DNA from: Candidatus Sulfopaludibacter sp. SbA3
GTDB lineage: Bacteria > Acidobacteriota > Terriglobia > 20CM-2-55-15
Length of the DNA stretch: 64,000 bases
Assembly: GCA_945865815.1 (NCBI GenBank)
Contig: CAMBFR010000001.1
Coordinates: 69 to 64,068, forward strand
Reading direction: 5' to 3'
Below, in pieces: positions 1-10,331 of the stretch. A model generated the notes under the pieces. That model worked only from the letters and a program-made list of their open reading frames with translations, was not told the DNA's origin and did not search any database. Every line of letters starts with the position of its first letter. The first letter of the stretch is position 1. The position numbers and the translations under genes are program-made.

Positions 1-2
1 AA

Positions 3-998
3 ATCACAGTCAAGGCCGGGGATGGTGGCCATGGCTGTATCGCTTTCCGCCGCGAGAAGTTCGTTCCAAGGGGCGGGCCGAGCGGAGGCGATGGCGGCAA
101 TGGCGGCAGCATATTTCTGGTCACGGATACGCACCAGAACACTCTCCTGAAATTCCGTTTCAATCACATCTTTCGCGCCGAACGCGGCAGTCATGGCGAA
201 GGCAGCAAGAAGCACGGCCGCAGCGGCGAAGATCTCGAGATTGCGATTCCGATCGGAACAATCGTCTACGACGACGGTACCGGTGAGTTCGTCCACGACT
301 TCACACTTTCCGGCGAGCGCCTGGAAGTGGCAAAAGGCGGCCGCGGCGGCCACGGCAACGCGCATTATGCGACGGCCATAAACCGCACGCCGCAACGGGC
401 ACAGGACGGACTGCCGGGCGAGGAAAGGAATTTGCGCCTCGAGTTGAAGCTGCTGGCGGACGTAGGCCTGGTCGGATATCCGAACGCCGGCAAGTCGACT
501 CTCATTTCACGGCTCTCGGCGGCGCATCCGAAGATCGCCGACTACCCGTTCACCACTCTCGAGCCGCACCTGGGGGTTGTGCAGCTGGACCTGGACAGGT
601 GTTTCGTAATGGCGGATATTCCGGGACTGATTGAAGGCGCGCACATGGGCGCGGGCCTTGGCATTCAGTTCCTGAAACACATTGAACGCACGCACGTGAT
701 TCTTCACCTTATCGATGTTTCCGGGATGAGCGACCGCGATCCGGTGGATGAATTTCATGCCATCAATTCCGAACTTGCCGAACACAACCCCGAGCTGCCG
801 CTCAAGCCCAAGGTGATTGTGGCTTCAAAAATGGATTCGGCGATTTCCGAAAAGGTTCGCAAGCTCGAGCAATGGAGTAGACAGAACGATTTCGACTTCG
901 TTAAGATCTCGTCCGTAACCGGCGAGGGTCTCGAAGAGTTGAAAGAACTAGTGGTGAAAAAACTCTCTTCTGCAGACGAGGTATCCAAAGGATCGTGA
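3..998 (+). CDS. obgE: GTPase ObgE/CgtA (5' end outside window)
   Basis: Open frame from nt 3 gives [32 protein letters not shown] (Obg Gly-rich domain), then [15 protein letters not shown] and [10 protein letters not shown]-motifs. Confidence 0.97.
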   Translation: MTVKAGDGGHGCIAFRREKFVPRGGPSGGDGGNGGSIFLVTDTHQNTLLKFRFNHIFRAERGSHGEGSKKHGRSGEDLEIAIPIGTIVYDDGTGEFVHDFTLSGERLEVAKGGRGGHGNAHYATAINRTPQRAQDGLPGEERNLRLELKLLADVGLVGYPNAGKSTLISRLSAAHPKIADYPFTTLEPHLGVVQLDLDRCFVMADIPGLIEGAHMGAGLGIQFLKHIERTHVILHLIDVSGMSDRDPVDEFHAINSELAEHNPELPLKPKVIVASKMDSAISEKVRKLEQWSRQNDFDFVKISSVTGEGLEELKELVVKKLSSADEVSKGS

Positions 999-1624
999 GG
1001 ATTGCCATATTGGGCGGGACTTTCGATCCCATCCATAACGGACATCTCGCATCGGCGCAAACCGTCGCCGACATCTTTCAGGTCGATGAGGTTCACTTCG
1101 TTCCTGCGTTCTCTCCCCCCCACAAGCAAGCACGCGAGATCACTTCGCCTTTCCATCGTTTTGCGATGGTCGCGCTGGCCACCTTACCCTTCAGTGGTTT
1201 TCGAACCTCCACGATAGAAGTGGACGCACTGGAAAAGCGATATACGGTGGAGACGCTTGAAGAAATGGGCCGCCAGTATGCCGGCGCCGGTCTGCTGTTC
1301 ATCGTTGGAACCGACATGTACCAGGAGATTGGGACCTGGAAGGACTACAGGCATCTGTTTGACCTGGCGCACATCGTCGTCGTGAACCGGCCGGGATTTC
1401 CGTTTCGTGAAGATATCGCGCCATTCCGGGTCCTCACGGAAAAACACCCTGTCACGTTGCCTGAAGGGCCGTCCGCAGGCAATGCGGTTTTTTATCTGCC
1501 CTTCGTTCAACAGCCCATTTCATCGACTGAAATTCGTGAGGACTTGAAACGAGGCGGCGAAGTGCGGCAGTGGATACCGTCACAGGTGTGGAGCTACATT
1601 GAAAAAAACAAACTCTACTCGTGA
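995..1624 (+). CDS. nadD: Nicotinate-nucleotide adenylyltransferase
   Basis: [11 protein letters not shown] and ISSTEIR motifs; obg-nadD-rsfS synteny. Confidence 0.96.
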   Translation: MRIAILGGTFDPIHNGHLASAQTVADIFQVDEVHFVPAFSPPHKQAREITSPFHRFAMVALATLPFSGFRTSTIEVDALEKRYTVETLEEMGRQYAGAGLLFIVGTDMYQEIGTWKDYRHLFDLAHIVVVNRPGFPFREDIAPFRVLTEKHPVTLPEGPSAGNAVFYLPFVQQPISSTEIREDLKRGGEVRQWIPSQVWSYIEKNKLYS

Positions 1625-1658
1625 AAACAGCAACAACGGAAAAGAACAAAACCAATTA

Positions 1659-2024
1659 ATGGACAAAGAATATCAACTCAGCGAAGCGATCGAGGCTGCT
1701 CTCGATAAGAAGGCGCAGGATCCGGTTGTCATCGAACTTGGAGACATCTGCTCCTTTACCGATTACTTTTTGATTTGCACCGGCACTTCCGGCCGGCACA
1801 ACCAGTCGATCGCAGATGCGATCGAGGAAAGACTCAAACAGGAAGGCGTACGCCCGCTTCATATCGAAGGTCATGCCGAAGGGGAATGGATACTCATCGA
1901 CTACTTCGATTTTGTCGTCCACATTTTCTCGGCACGCGCCCGGGAGTTTTACGATCTCGAACGATTGTGGCGAACGGGCAAGCGGCGCGATGCGCAGGAA
2001 CTGCTCACACAGCGGACGATGTGA
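1659..2024 (+). CDS. rsfS: Ribosome silencing factor (Iojap)
   Basis: DKKAQD, DYFLICTG, WILIDYFDFVVHIF and REFYDLERLW motifs; ATG 1659 chosen as start. Confidence 0.95.
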   Translation: MDKEYQLSEAIEAALDKKAQDPVVIELGDICSFTDYFLICTGTSGRHNQSIADAIEERLKQEGVRPLHIEGHAEGEWILIDYFDFVVHIFSARAREFYDLERLWRTGKRRDAQELLTQRTM

Positions 2025-2986
2025 GCGCGCCAGAAACAGCAACGCCTCAGACTGCTGCTGTGATCCCGGCTTACCCCATGGTATTTGCGCCGGACTCGCC
2101 GGCCATAGCCGTTTACCGTACCCTCGAACGAGTTCGTGAAGGCACGACTACCGTACTCATCGAAGGTCCGAGTGGAACCGGAAAAGACGCTTTTGCGCAG
2201 TGGCTCCACTACAACAGCCCCCGCAAGGACGCTCCCTTTATCAAGATCGACTTCGGCTCGCTTCCCGAAGACCTTGTCGAATCCGAATTGTTCGGCTACG
2301 AACGCGGCGCATTCACAGGCGCAGTGAATTCCAAGCTCGGCAAGCTGGACATGGCACAGGGTGGCACCGTCGTCCTGGATGAAGTCGCGAGCATGGACTT
2401 GAACGTCCAGGCCAAGCTGCTCAACGTTGTCGAGGCCAAACAGTACTATCGCGTCGGCGGCACCAGGTCGATCCAACTGGACGCCCGGATAATCGCGCTC
2501 TCCGGCATCCCCCTGGCCCAGGCGGTGGAATCCCGGATTTTCCGCCAGGACCTCTTCTTCAGGCTCAACCTGATTACAGTGCGCGTGCCGCCTCTTCGAG
2601 AACGCCGATCCGAAATATTTCCGATGGCGGAATTCCTACTGGCCCAGCTCGATCGCAAATACAAAAGGAGTTCGCGGCTGCACAAGGATTGCGGGGCCGT
2701 CTTCGATGAATATGATTTTCCCGGAAATATCCGCGAACTTCGCAATGCGCTCGAGCGCGCGCTGCTGCTGTCCCCCGACGGTGAGATCACTCCGGATGTT
2801 CTGCCGTCGGGATGGCGCACTTCGAGAGGCACCTTCGCCAGGATGCTTTCACTGGAAGAGGTCGAGAAAGACTACATCGCCGAAGTTCTCAAACAGACGC
2901 GAGGCAAGAAAGTAAAGGCCGCGGAGATCCTCGGCATCAGCCGCAAGACCCTTCTCGAAAAGCGCAAGAAGTACGGCCTGGAATGA
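2021..2986 (+). CDS. Sigma54-dependent enhancer-binding protein (AAA+ plus Fis HTH) without N-terminal sensory domain
   Basis: GPSGTGKD Walker A, ESELFGYERGAFTGA, FRQDLFFRL, PGNIRELRN and C-terminal AAEILGISRKTL; GTG 2021 overlaps the rsfS stop. Confidence 0.92.
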   Translation: MSAPETATPQTAAVIPAYPMVFAPDSPAIAVYRTLERVREGTTTVLIEGPSGTGKDAFAQWLHYNSPRKDAPFIKIDFGSLPEDLVESELFGYERGAFTGAVNSKLGKLDMAQGGTVVLDEVASMDLNVQAKLLNVVEAKQYYRVGGTRSIQLDARIIALSGIPLAQAVESRIFRQDLFFRLNLITVRVPPLRERRSEIFPMAEFLLAQLDRKYKRSSRLHKDCGAVFDEYDFPGNIRELRNALERALLLSPDGEITPDVLPSGWRTSRGTFARMLSLEEVEKDYIAEVLKQTRGKKVKAAEILGISRKTLLEKRKKYGLE

Positions 2987-3441
2987 AATTCCGGGCGGTA
3001 TGGATCGGCAAAACGAAGAGCGCCCCTCTCTCGGCAGTCTGTCTTGACTACATCACTCGAATCCGCCATTTCCTGCCACTTGAAATCACCGAGGTCCAGG
3101 AACCCAAAGGCGATGGCGCACGCCGCATTCAGGCCGAAGGCGAGAAGCTGCTGGGGGCGCTGGATTCCTCCGACCGGGTAATCGTGCTGGACCCTAAGGG
3201 GAAGGCATGGAGTTCGGGGGAATTCGCGAAGTTTGCCGGCAAGCACATGTCGGAAGACCCCCGCAACCTGACGTTCGTGATCGGCGGCTACGGCGGACTG
3301 TCAGAAGCGGTCAAGGAGCGTGCCGACCTGTTGTGGTCGCTGTCGCCTTTGACATACACGCACGACCTCAGCCGCGTCATCCTTCTCGAGCAGCTTTACC
3401 GCGCGTTATCGATCATCCACAACCTGCCGTATTCGAAATAG
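2983..3441 (+). CDS. rlmH: 23S rRNA pseudouridine-1915 N3-methyltransferase
   Basis: FVIGGYGG, SLSPLTYTH and LLEQLYRA...PY motifs; ATG 2983 overlaps the upstream stop. Confidence 0.95.
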   Translation: MKFRAVWIGKTKSAPLSAVCLDYITRIRHFLPLEITEVQEPKGDGARRIQAEGEKLLGALDSSDRVIVLDPKGKAWSSGEFAKFAGKHMSEDPRNLTFVIGGYGGLSEAVKERADLLWSLSPLTYTHDLSRVILLEQLYRALSIIHNLPYSK

Positions 3442-3521
3442 AACGAGAATTAGCGGGCGCCCACGGGCTACGGCACGATGTTATACTTCCGCCGCCCTTT
3501 CGTTTTTCCCCTTCTACTGTC

Positions 3522-4244
3522 TTGATCGACGCGATTCTGAATCTCCTCTTCCCTGTTGCCTGCGTCTTGTGCGGGTCGCAAGTCTGCGAGCGCCGCTGGG
3601 GCGCGGCGTGCCCGGACTGCTGGTCGCTTCTGGCGCCGCTTGAGCCACCCTTCTGCCCACAGTGCGGGGAGCCCGCAGCGGCAATCGAAGGTCTTTGTGG
3701 GGCCTGCCGTAAGGGCGAGTACGCATTTGATCTCGCGCGATCGGCGTTCCTTTTCAACGACACGCTCCGCGAAATCATCCACCACCTGAAGTACTCGGAT
3801 CGCGTGTCGCTGGCACAGATGCTTGGAAAACTACTGAAGCAGTGTCTGGATCGAGAACCTTTTACCGGAGACACGATCATTCCAGTTCCTCTGCATCGCG
3901 CCCGCGAAGGCGATCGAGGCTTCAATCAGGCCGAGCTGATCGCCCGGCAACTCGGCCTGCCTGTGGACAGCCGGCTTTTGCGGCGGCGCAAGAACACGCC
4001 GAGCCAGACTGGCCTTAGCCGGAACGAGCGGCAAAGAAATCTTGCGGGGGCATTCGAGGTTCGAGCGGGGCCAAAGCTCCCGCGGACCGTCATCGTCGTA
4101 GACGACGTTTACACCACAGGCTCAACCATGCACGAAATCGCGCGGACGTTGAAACGGGCAGGCGCAGAGCGGGTGGAAGTGCTTACCGTGGCAAGAGTGA
4201 TCAGAGACGTTCAGGCGCGGGCCGGGATGGAGGTTTCGTCGTGA
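3522..4244 (+). CDS. comF: ComF family protein (double zinc ribbon plus PRTase domain)
   Basis: Repeated CxxC pairs, PVPLH, RGFNQA and VVDDVYTTGST; TTG start inferred. Confidence 0.9.
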   Translation: MIDAILNLLFPVACVLCGSQVCERRWGAACPDCWSLLAPLEPPFCPQCGEPAAAIEGLCGACRKGEYAFDLARSAFLFNDTLREIIHHLKYSDRVSLAQMLGKLLKQCLDREPFTGDTIIPVPLHRAREGDRGFNQAELIARQLGLPVDSRLLRRRKNTPSQTGLSRNERQRNLAGAFEVRAGPKLPRTVIVVDDVYTTGSTMHEIARTLKRAGAERVEVLTVARVIRDVQARAGMEVSS

Positions 4245-5089
4245 GCCGTGTCCAGAGTCCAATGAGAAGTGCTCTCGAGCAACTCGCCGACGAAGCGCGT
4301 GTGCAGCGCATGGCCCGCCCGGTCCGCAATCAGGCGTCCCAGCACCGGCTGGCCGATCAGGGCGAAATCGCCCAGCAGGTCGAGTGTCTTGTGGCGAACA
4401 AATTCGTCTTTGAATCGAAGGGGCGAATCGTTGAGCATGCCTGTTTCGGTCAGCACGATGGCATTATCGAGAGATCCGCCACGGATCAGCCCATTTGCCC
4501 GCAGCGTCTCGACTTCGTTATAGAACCCAAATGTCCTGGCAGGCCCGATCGACTCCGCATAATTCGCTGCAGTCATCTCGAAATCGAGCGCCTGCGTACC
4601 CACAAGCGGATGCGGGAAATCGATATCGTATTTGATGCTGAATGTGTTCGACGGAAGAATGCTCAGCGTCTTCTGTCCCTCGGTGAGCTTGAATTCCTTG
4701 AGAATCCGAATGTAACGGCGCGGCCGGGTCTCAGTGGTAATGCCCGCGCGGGCGATCGCATCGACGTACGGCAGGGCGCTGCCGTCAAGAATCGGCACCT
4801 CGAAGTTGTCGAGCTCCAGATAAGCGTTGTCGATTCCCATTCCGTAAAGGGCCGAGAGCAGGTGCTCGACAGTGGAAATCCAGACGCCCCGGTTCATCAG
4901 CGTGGTGGCGTAGGCGACCCGGGCTACGGATCCGACGTCCGCCCGAATTTCGAAATTATCGAGGTCGACGCGGCGGAAGATGATTCCTTTTCCGGCGGGC
5001 GCGGGAAGAATTCGCAGCGAAGCCGGCAATGCCGTATGCAGGCCGACGCCTTTGAATTCCACCGGAGCGGCTATGGTCCTCTCAAACAT
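4211..5089 (-). CDS. lpxC: UDP-3-O-acyl-GlcNAc deacetylase
   Basis: GVGLH, TVEHLLSAL, PILDGSA, ARTFG and HKTLDLLGD motifs. Confidence 0.97.
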   Translation of the reverse strand: MFERTIAAPVEFKGVGLHTALPASLRILPAPAGKGIIFRRVDLDNFEIRADVGSVARVAYATTLMNRGVWISTVEHLLSALYGMGIDNAYLELDNFEVPILDGSALPYVDAIARAGITTETRPRRYIRILKEFKLTEGQKTLSILPSNTFSIKYDIDFPHPLVGTQALDFEMTAANYAESIGPARTFGFYNEVETLRANGLIRGGSLDNAIVLTETGMLNDSPLRFKDEFVRHKTLDLLGDFALIGQPVLGRLIADRAGHALHTRFVGELLESTSHWTLDTAHDETSIPARA

Positions 5090-5208
5090 GGTTGGTCGTC
5101 ATAGCATTTGAACAGCCTAACGGGACCGCATGAGATCTGAAGAACTTAGCAAAGCGTAAGCTCGCAAAAACCGTGTACATTTGTGCACAAGTGTTGTGAA
5201 ACCGCATC

Positions 5209-7695
5209 ATGCTCAAACATCCCTCGTTTCTTATCATTGATGGAATGTCGCAGGCCTATCGCGCTTACTTCGCGATTCGTGGCCTCGCATCGAGCCATGG
5301 CCTGCCCACAAATGCGGTCTATGGATTCGCGCTCATGCTCAAGCGCGTGCTCGACAAGTTTCCGCCCGACTATATCTGCGTCGCGCTGGACAGCCCGGAA
5401 CCCACTACACGGCACGCGCAATACGACCTCTATAAAGCCACTCGAAAGAAGATGCCTCAGGACCTGGCGCAGCAGATTCCGTACATTCGACGATTCTGCG
5501 AAGCCATGCGGATACCGGTGCTGGCATTTCCCGGACACGAAGCCGATGACATCATCGGGACTGTCTGCACGGCGGCGGTCGGCGCCGGTCTTTATCCGGT
5601 CGTTGTAACGCTCGACAAGGATCTCTACCAGCTCGTCGACACGATCCTCGTTCTGAATACCTCCAGGGACGACATGCTTGTCGATCGCGAAAAGGTCCAG
5701 GAACTGTTCGGCGTCACTCCTGAACAGATTCCCGATCTGCTGGGCCTGTGGGGCGACACATCCGACAACATTCCCGGCGCTCCAGGCATCGGCGAAAAAG
5801 GAGCCCGCGATCTGATTCAGAAATTTGGATCCATCGAAGTTCTCCTGGACCGAACTGCGGAAGTGACCAATGCCAAACACCGAACTTCGCTGACTGAGAA
5901 CCGGCAGCAGATCGAGATGAGCAAACGGCTGGTCACGATCGACACCAGGTTGCCGATCCATGTCGACTGGAACGACTTCAAGGTGCAGCCGCCGGATCGC
6001 TTGGCATTGACGCCGTTGCTGCGCGAACTGGAGTTCACCGGCCTGATCAAGGAATACCTGCCCCCGGCGGCCGGACCGGTTATCGACGTTGTCCAAAGCG
6101 AAGAGCTGCCGGAGATCCGCGACCGGGTCGTGTTCGAGATTCAGGACGGCCGTGTCTCGTTGTGGACGGGAGAAAGTCCGGTCGTCGTCGTTCCTTTAGA
6201 CCAGCGCTTGAAGGCGCTCTTCACCAACGCCAATATTCGCAAGGTGACTTACGACGTCAAGAATGCCATCGCCAGGCTTCGGCGCGTGGCCATTGAACTC
6301 GCCGCTCCCTATGATGATCCGCAGCTCATGGCGTATCTGCTGTTCCCCAATCGCGGCAAATACGAACTTGAAGATGTTGTCTTCGAACTTGCCGGCCAGA
6401 CAATCGACGACGTCCGCGTTCCATGGATTGACCGGTTGTGGCAGGAGCTCGAACCGAAGGTCCGGGAGGAAGTTTCCACAGCCTACACCGACATCGAACT
6501 CCCGCTGGCGCCGGTGCTGGCGGAAATGGAATCCGCCGGAATCCGCATCGACGTGGGTGTACTCGAACGTATGTCGGGAGAGATGGGCACGCAGCTCGAG
6601 GATCTCACCCGGCAAATCTGCGAAATGGCCGGAGGTGATTTCAACATCAACTCGCCGCGACAGCTTGGTGAAATCCTGTTCGACAAGCTGAATCTGCCCA
6701 AGCCGCGAAAACTGAAGAAGTCCGGCCAGTATTCAACGGCTGTCGAAGTTCTGGAAGAGCTGGCCACCCAGCATGAACTTCCCCGGCTCGTGCTGGAGTA
6801 CCGGCAGTTGTCGAAGTTCAAATCGACCTACATTGACGTGATTCCAACGTTGCTCAATCCGGAAACCGGCCGCCTCCACACCACGTTTCATCAGGCCGCG
6901 GCGGCGACGGGGCGCCTCTCGAGCAGCAATCCAAATCTTCAGAACATCCCGGTTCGCACCGATCTCGGCCGGAAGATTCGCGGAGCATTCATTCCTGACG
7001 AAGGCTGGTGGTTCATCGCCGCGGACTACTCGCAGGTGGAGCTGCGCATCTTGGCGCATCTCTCCGGCGATGCACGGTTGGCCGAGGCATTTGCCGCCGG
7101 AGAAGACATTCACCGTCGAACCGCCGCGGAGGTTTTGGGATTGCCGATCGAGGCCGTCACTTCGGAACAGCGTAGCCGCGCAAAGGCCGTGAACTTTGGA
7201 ATCGTGTATGGCCAGACTCCGTATGGCCTCGCCCAGCAACTGGGCATCAGTAACGACGAGGCCGCCGAATTTATCGCGCGGTATTTCGCCCGTTACCAGG
7301 GCGTGCAGAATTACATCGAGAGTTGCCTGAGTGCGGCCCGCGATACCGGCGTAACCCGGACGCTCTTCGGCCGCATCCGTCAGCATCCGGAAATTAATTC
7401 TCGCAACGGCATGCGCCGCAGCATGGCCGAGCGCACGGCGATCAATTCGCCTATCCAGGGCACAGCCGCCGATATCATTAAACTGGCGATGATCCGAATC
7501 GCCGACGAACTGCGCGACCGGAATCTCCGCACGCGGATGGTCCTGCAGGTCCACGACGAGCTGATTTTCGAGGTCCCCGAAGACGAACTCTCCGTGCGCG
7601 ACCTCGTGCGCGACCGCATGCAATCGGTCGTAAAGCTGAATGTTCCCCTGACGGTCGATGTAAAGCAGGGCCGAACATGGGAACAGCTCGGTTGA
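5209..7695 (+). CDS. polA: DNA polymerase I
   Basis: 5'-3' exonuclease motifs (EADDII, GDTSDNIPG) and polymerase motifs (TGRLSSSNPNLQNIP, ADYSQVELR, KAVNFGIVYG, QVHDEL). Confidence 0.98.
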   Translation: MLKHPSFLIIDGMSQAYRAYFAIRGLASSHGLPTNAVYGFALMLKRVLDKFPPDYICVALDSPEPTTRHAQYDLYKATRKKMPQDLAQQIPYIRRFCEAMRIPVLAFPGHEADDIIGTVCTAAVGAGLYPVVVTLDKDLYQLVDTILVLNTSRDDMLVDREKVQELFGVTPEQIPDLLGLWGDTSDNIPGAPGIGEKGARDLIQKFGSIEVLLDRTAEVTNAKHRTSLTENRQQIEMSKRLVTIDTRLPIHVDWNDFKVQPPDRLALTPLLRELEFTGLIKEYLPPAAGPVIDVVQSEELPEIRDRVVFEIQDGRVSLWTGESPVVVVPLDQRLKALFTNANIRKVTYDVKNAIARLRRVAIELAAPYDDPQLMAYLLFPNRGKYELEDVVFELAGQTIDDVRVPWIDRLWQELEPKVREEVSTAYTDIELPLAPVLAEMESAGIRIDVGVLERMSGEMGTQLEDLTRQICEMAGGDFNINSPRQLGEILFDKLNLPKPRKLKKSGQYSTAVEVLEELATQHELPRLVLEYRQLSKFKSTYIDVIPTLLNPETGRLHTTFHQAAAATGRLSSSNPNLQNIPVRTDLGRKIRGAFIPDEGWWFIAADYSQVELRILAHLSGDARLAEAFAAGEDIHRRTAAEVLGLPIEAVTSEQRSRAKAVNFGIVYGQTPYGLAQQLGISNDEAAEFIARYFARYQGVQNYIESCLSAARDTGVTRTLFGRIRQHPEINSRNGMRRSMAERTAINSPIQGTAADIIKLAMIRIADELRDRNLRTRMVLQVHDELIFEVPEDELSVRDLVRDRMQSVVKLNVPLTVDVKQGRTWEQLG

Positions 7696-7720
7696 CAGGG
7701 CAACGGACGGAACTTATATT
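7692..7720 (+). promoter_or_regulatory. Sigma70 promoter for tRNA-Val
   Basis: TTGACA (7692-7697, overlapping the polA stop), 17 nt spacer, TATATT (7715-7720). Confidence 0.75.
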
Positions 7721-7749
7721 GGAAACGTCACTTGACGTCGTTTCTTGTC

Positions 7750-7823
7750 GGGCGCTTAGCTCAGTTGGAATGAGCGCTACCTTGACACGGTAGAGGTCAT
7801 CGGTTCGATCCCGGTAGCGCCCA
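7750..7823 (+). tRNA. tRNA-Val(GAC), CCA not encoded
   Basis: Acceptor stem GGGCGCT/AGCGCCC, anticodon arm CTACC-TTGACAC-GGTAG, T-loop GGTTCGATCC. Confidence 0.96.
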
Positions 7824-7842
7824 CTTGCAAATTCAATCAGTT

Positions 7843-7870
7843 AGGCGGGTCCAAAAGGCCCGCCTTTTTT
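7843..7870 (+). terminator. Rho-independent terminator after tRNA-Val
   Basis: AGGCGGGTCC-AAAA-GGCCCGCC followed by a T tract. Confidence 0.85.
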
Positions 7871-7889
7871 CAAGTTAAAGGACTGGAAA

Positions 7890-7950
7890 GTGCGCCTCAC
7901 CCCCTCAGATCCCGACATTGAAACTATCGTTAGCCGCATACGAAGTCGTC
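7890..7950 (+). pseudogene. N-terminal stub resembling DUF262 (GmrSD-type) proteins
   Basis: AAAGGA RBS plus GTG 7890 encodes MRLTPSDPDIETIVSRIRS, which I recall as a DUF262 N-terminus; similarity ends after about 20 codons. Confidence 0.45.
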
Positions 7951-7991
7951 GACCTCCTTCGCTCTCGAAATCCTGTCGATTCAAGCCGGGT

Positions 7992-8570
7992 CTACGTTGG
8001 ATAAGCAAGGCGGGTCAGGCGATCGATCAGGTCGATCAGGTACTGGCGCAATTCTACTGCTGACACGCCTCCGGGCGGGGTGAGTTCATCACCGATTTCG
8101 ATCTGGCTCAAAACCCATCCCAGCTGAGCTGGAGTCAACCCTCCATCCTTTTTCATAGCCGACGGAATCGCGACCTCGACACGGTAGCCGGCACGTTCCA
8201 GCGCACGCACATCGACCAGATCTCGAAGTTCTGACCTCGACAACAAGGTGCACAGCTTGTTCGCCAGAATCTCTTCCGGTGGATCCACGCGAATACCATT
8301 GATGACAGCTTTATCGATGCGGGCCTGCACACCGCGCTCACGGACCAAATCCACCACTACGGCTTCCTCGCCGCGACGGATCAAGAATCGGCGAAAATCC
8401 GGAGAGGTCTGGATGGGCTCAAAAGACGCTTTGAATTTGCGGGCGATTTCTGCCAGCGAGGCCATGAACCCAGCAAGGGCGGCGCCTCCCGTGAGGAAAA
8501 ACCGGGTCTCGCGTTCGAAAAACGCGTCCAGGACTTCCTGCTGTAAGCGGCTTAGCTTACCGGGTTCCAA
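7992..8570 (-). CDS. AbiEii/AbiGii-family nucleotidyltransferase (type IV TA-like toxin), apparently internally deleted
   Basis: LTGGAAL, EEILANKL and R..LRDLVD motifs are present; the HR.S.D.D segment that normally follows is missing. Confidence 0.8.
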   Translation of the reverse strand: MEPGKLSRLQQEVLDAFFERETRFFLTGGAALAGFMASLAEIARKFKASFEPIQTSPDFRRFLIRRGEEAVVVDLVRERGVQARIDKAVINGIRVDPPEEILANKLCTLLSRSELRDLVDVRALERAGYRVEVAIPSAMKKDGGLTPAQLGWVLSQIEIGDELTPPGGVSAVELRQYLIDLIDRLTRLAYPT

Positions 8571-8859
8571 TGAGACCTTCTTGTTGCCAGTGGCCGAGCA
8601 GGAATTCCCAAAAGCGGCGACGACGGCCGAGATGTGGGGAGAGCGACGGCCATCGGCTCCAAACCTCCATGGGAGAAACGAACGTCCAAACGTCCGTGTC
8701 GCGAGCCTCGCGGAGCAATTTGCCCATAAGCCGCAACTGCTCAGCTTGCGGGGCCGACCTCAGCCGCGCTTTGAACTCCGCCACGGTCATCGGATCGTCC
8801 CACAAAAAATAAGGAATTGCCGATGGATCGGCCAAATCAGTCGATAGAAAGGTGCTCAC
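8557..8859 (-). CDS. Small cognate partner (putative antitoxin) of the AbiEii-like gene
   Basis: 100 aa with PYFLWD...LLREARDTDVW..RRRRFWEFL; overlaps the toxin start by 14 nt. Confidence 0.7.
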   Translation of the reverse strand: MSTFLSTDLADPSAIPYFLWDDPMTVAEFKARLRSAPQAEQLRLMGKLLREARDTDVWTFVSPMEVWSRWPSLSPHLGRRRRFWEFLLGHWQQEGLIGTR

Positions 8860-8963
8860 TCAGAACTCCGATTGAAAACAATTCCTCTACATTCTACTAC
8901 CGCTGTTAACGGTCCGTCCCTATGAGGATCTCCGACGGTGCTACTTCCCCCGAGATTTGCTAA

Positions 8964-10319
<1,356 letters not shown>

Positions 10320-10331
10320 TTCCCGTCCTGT

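Noticed and set aside
1775-2020. N-terminal extension of the sigma54 activator ORF
   Set aside because: It overlaps rsfS out of frame and is not domain-like.
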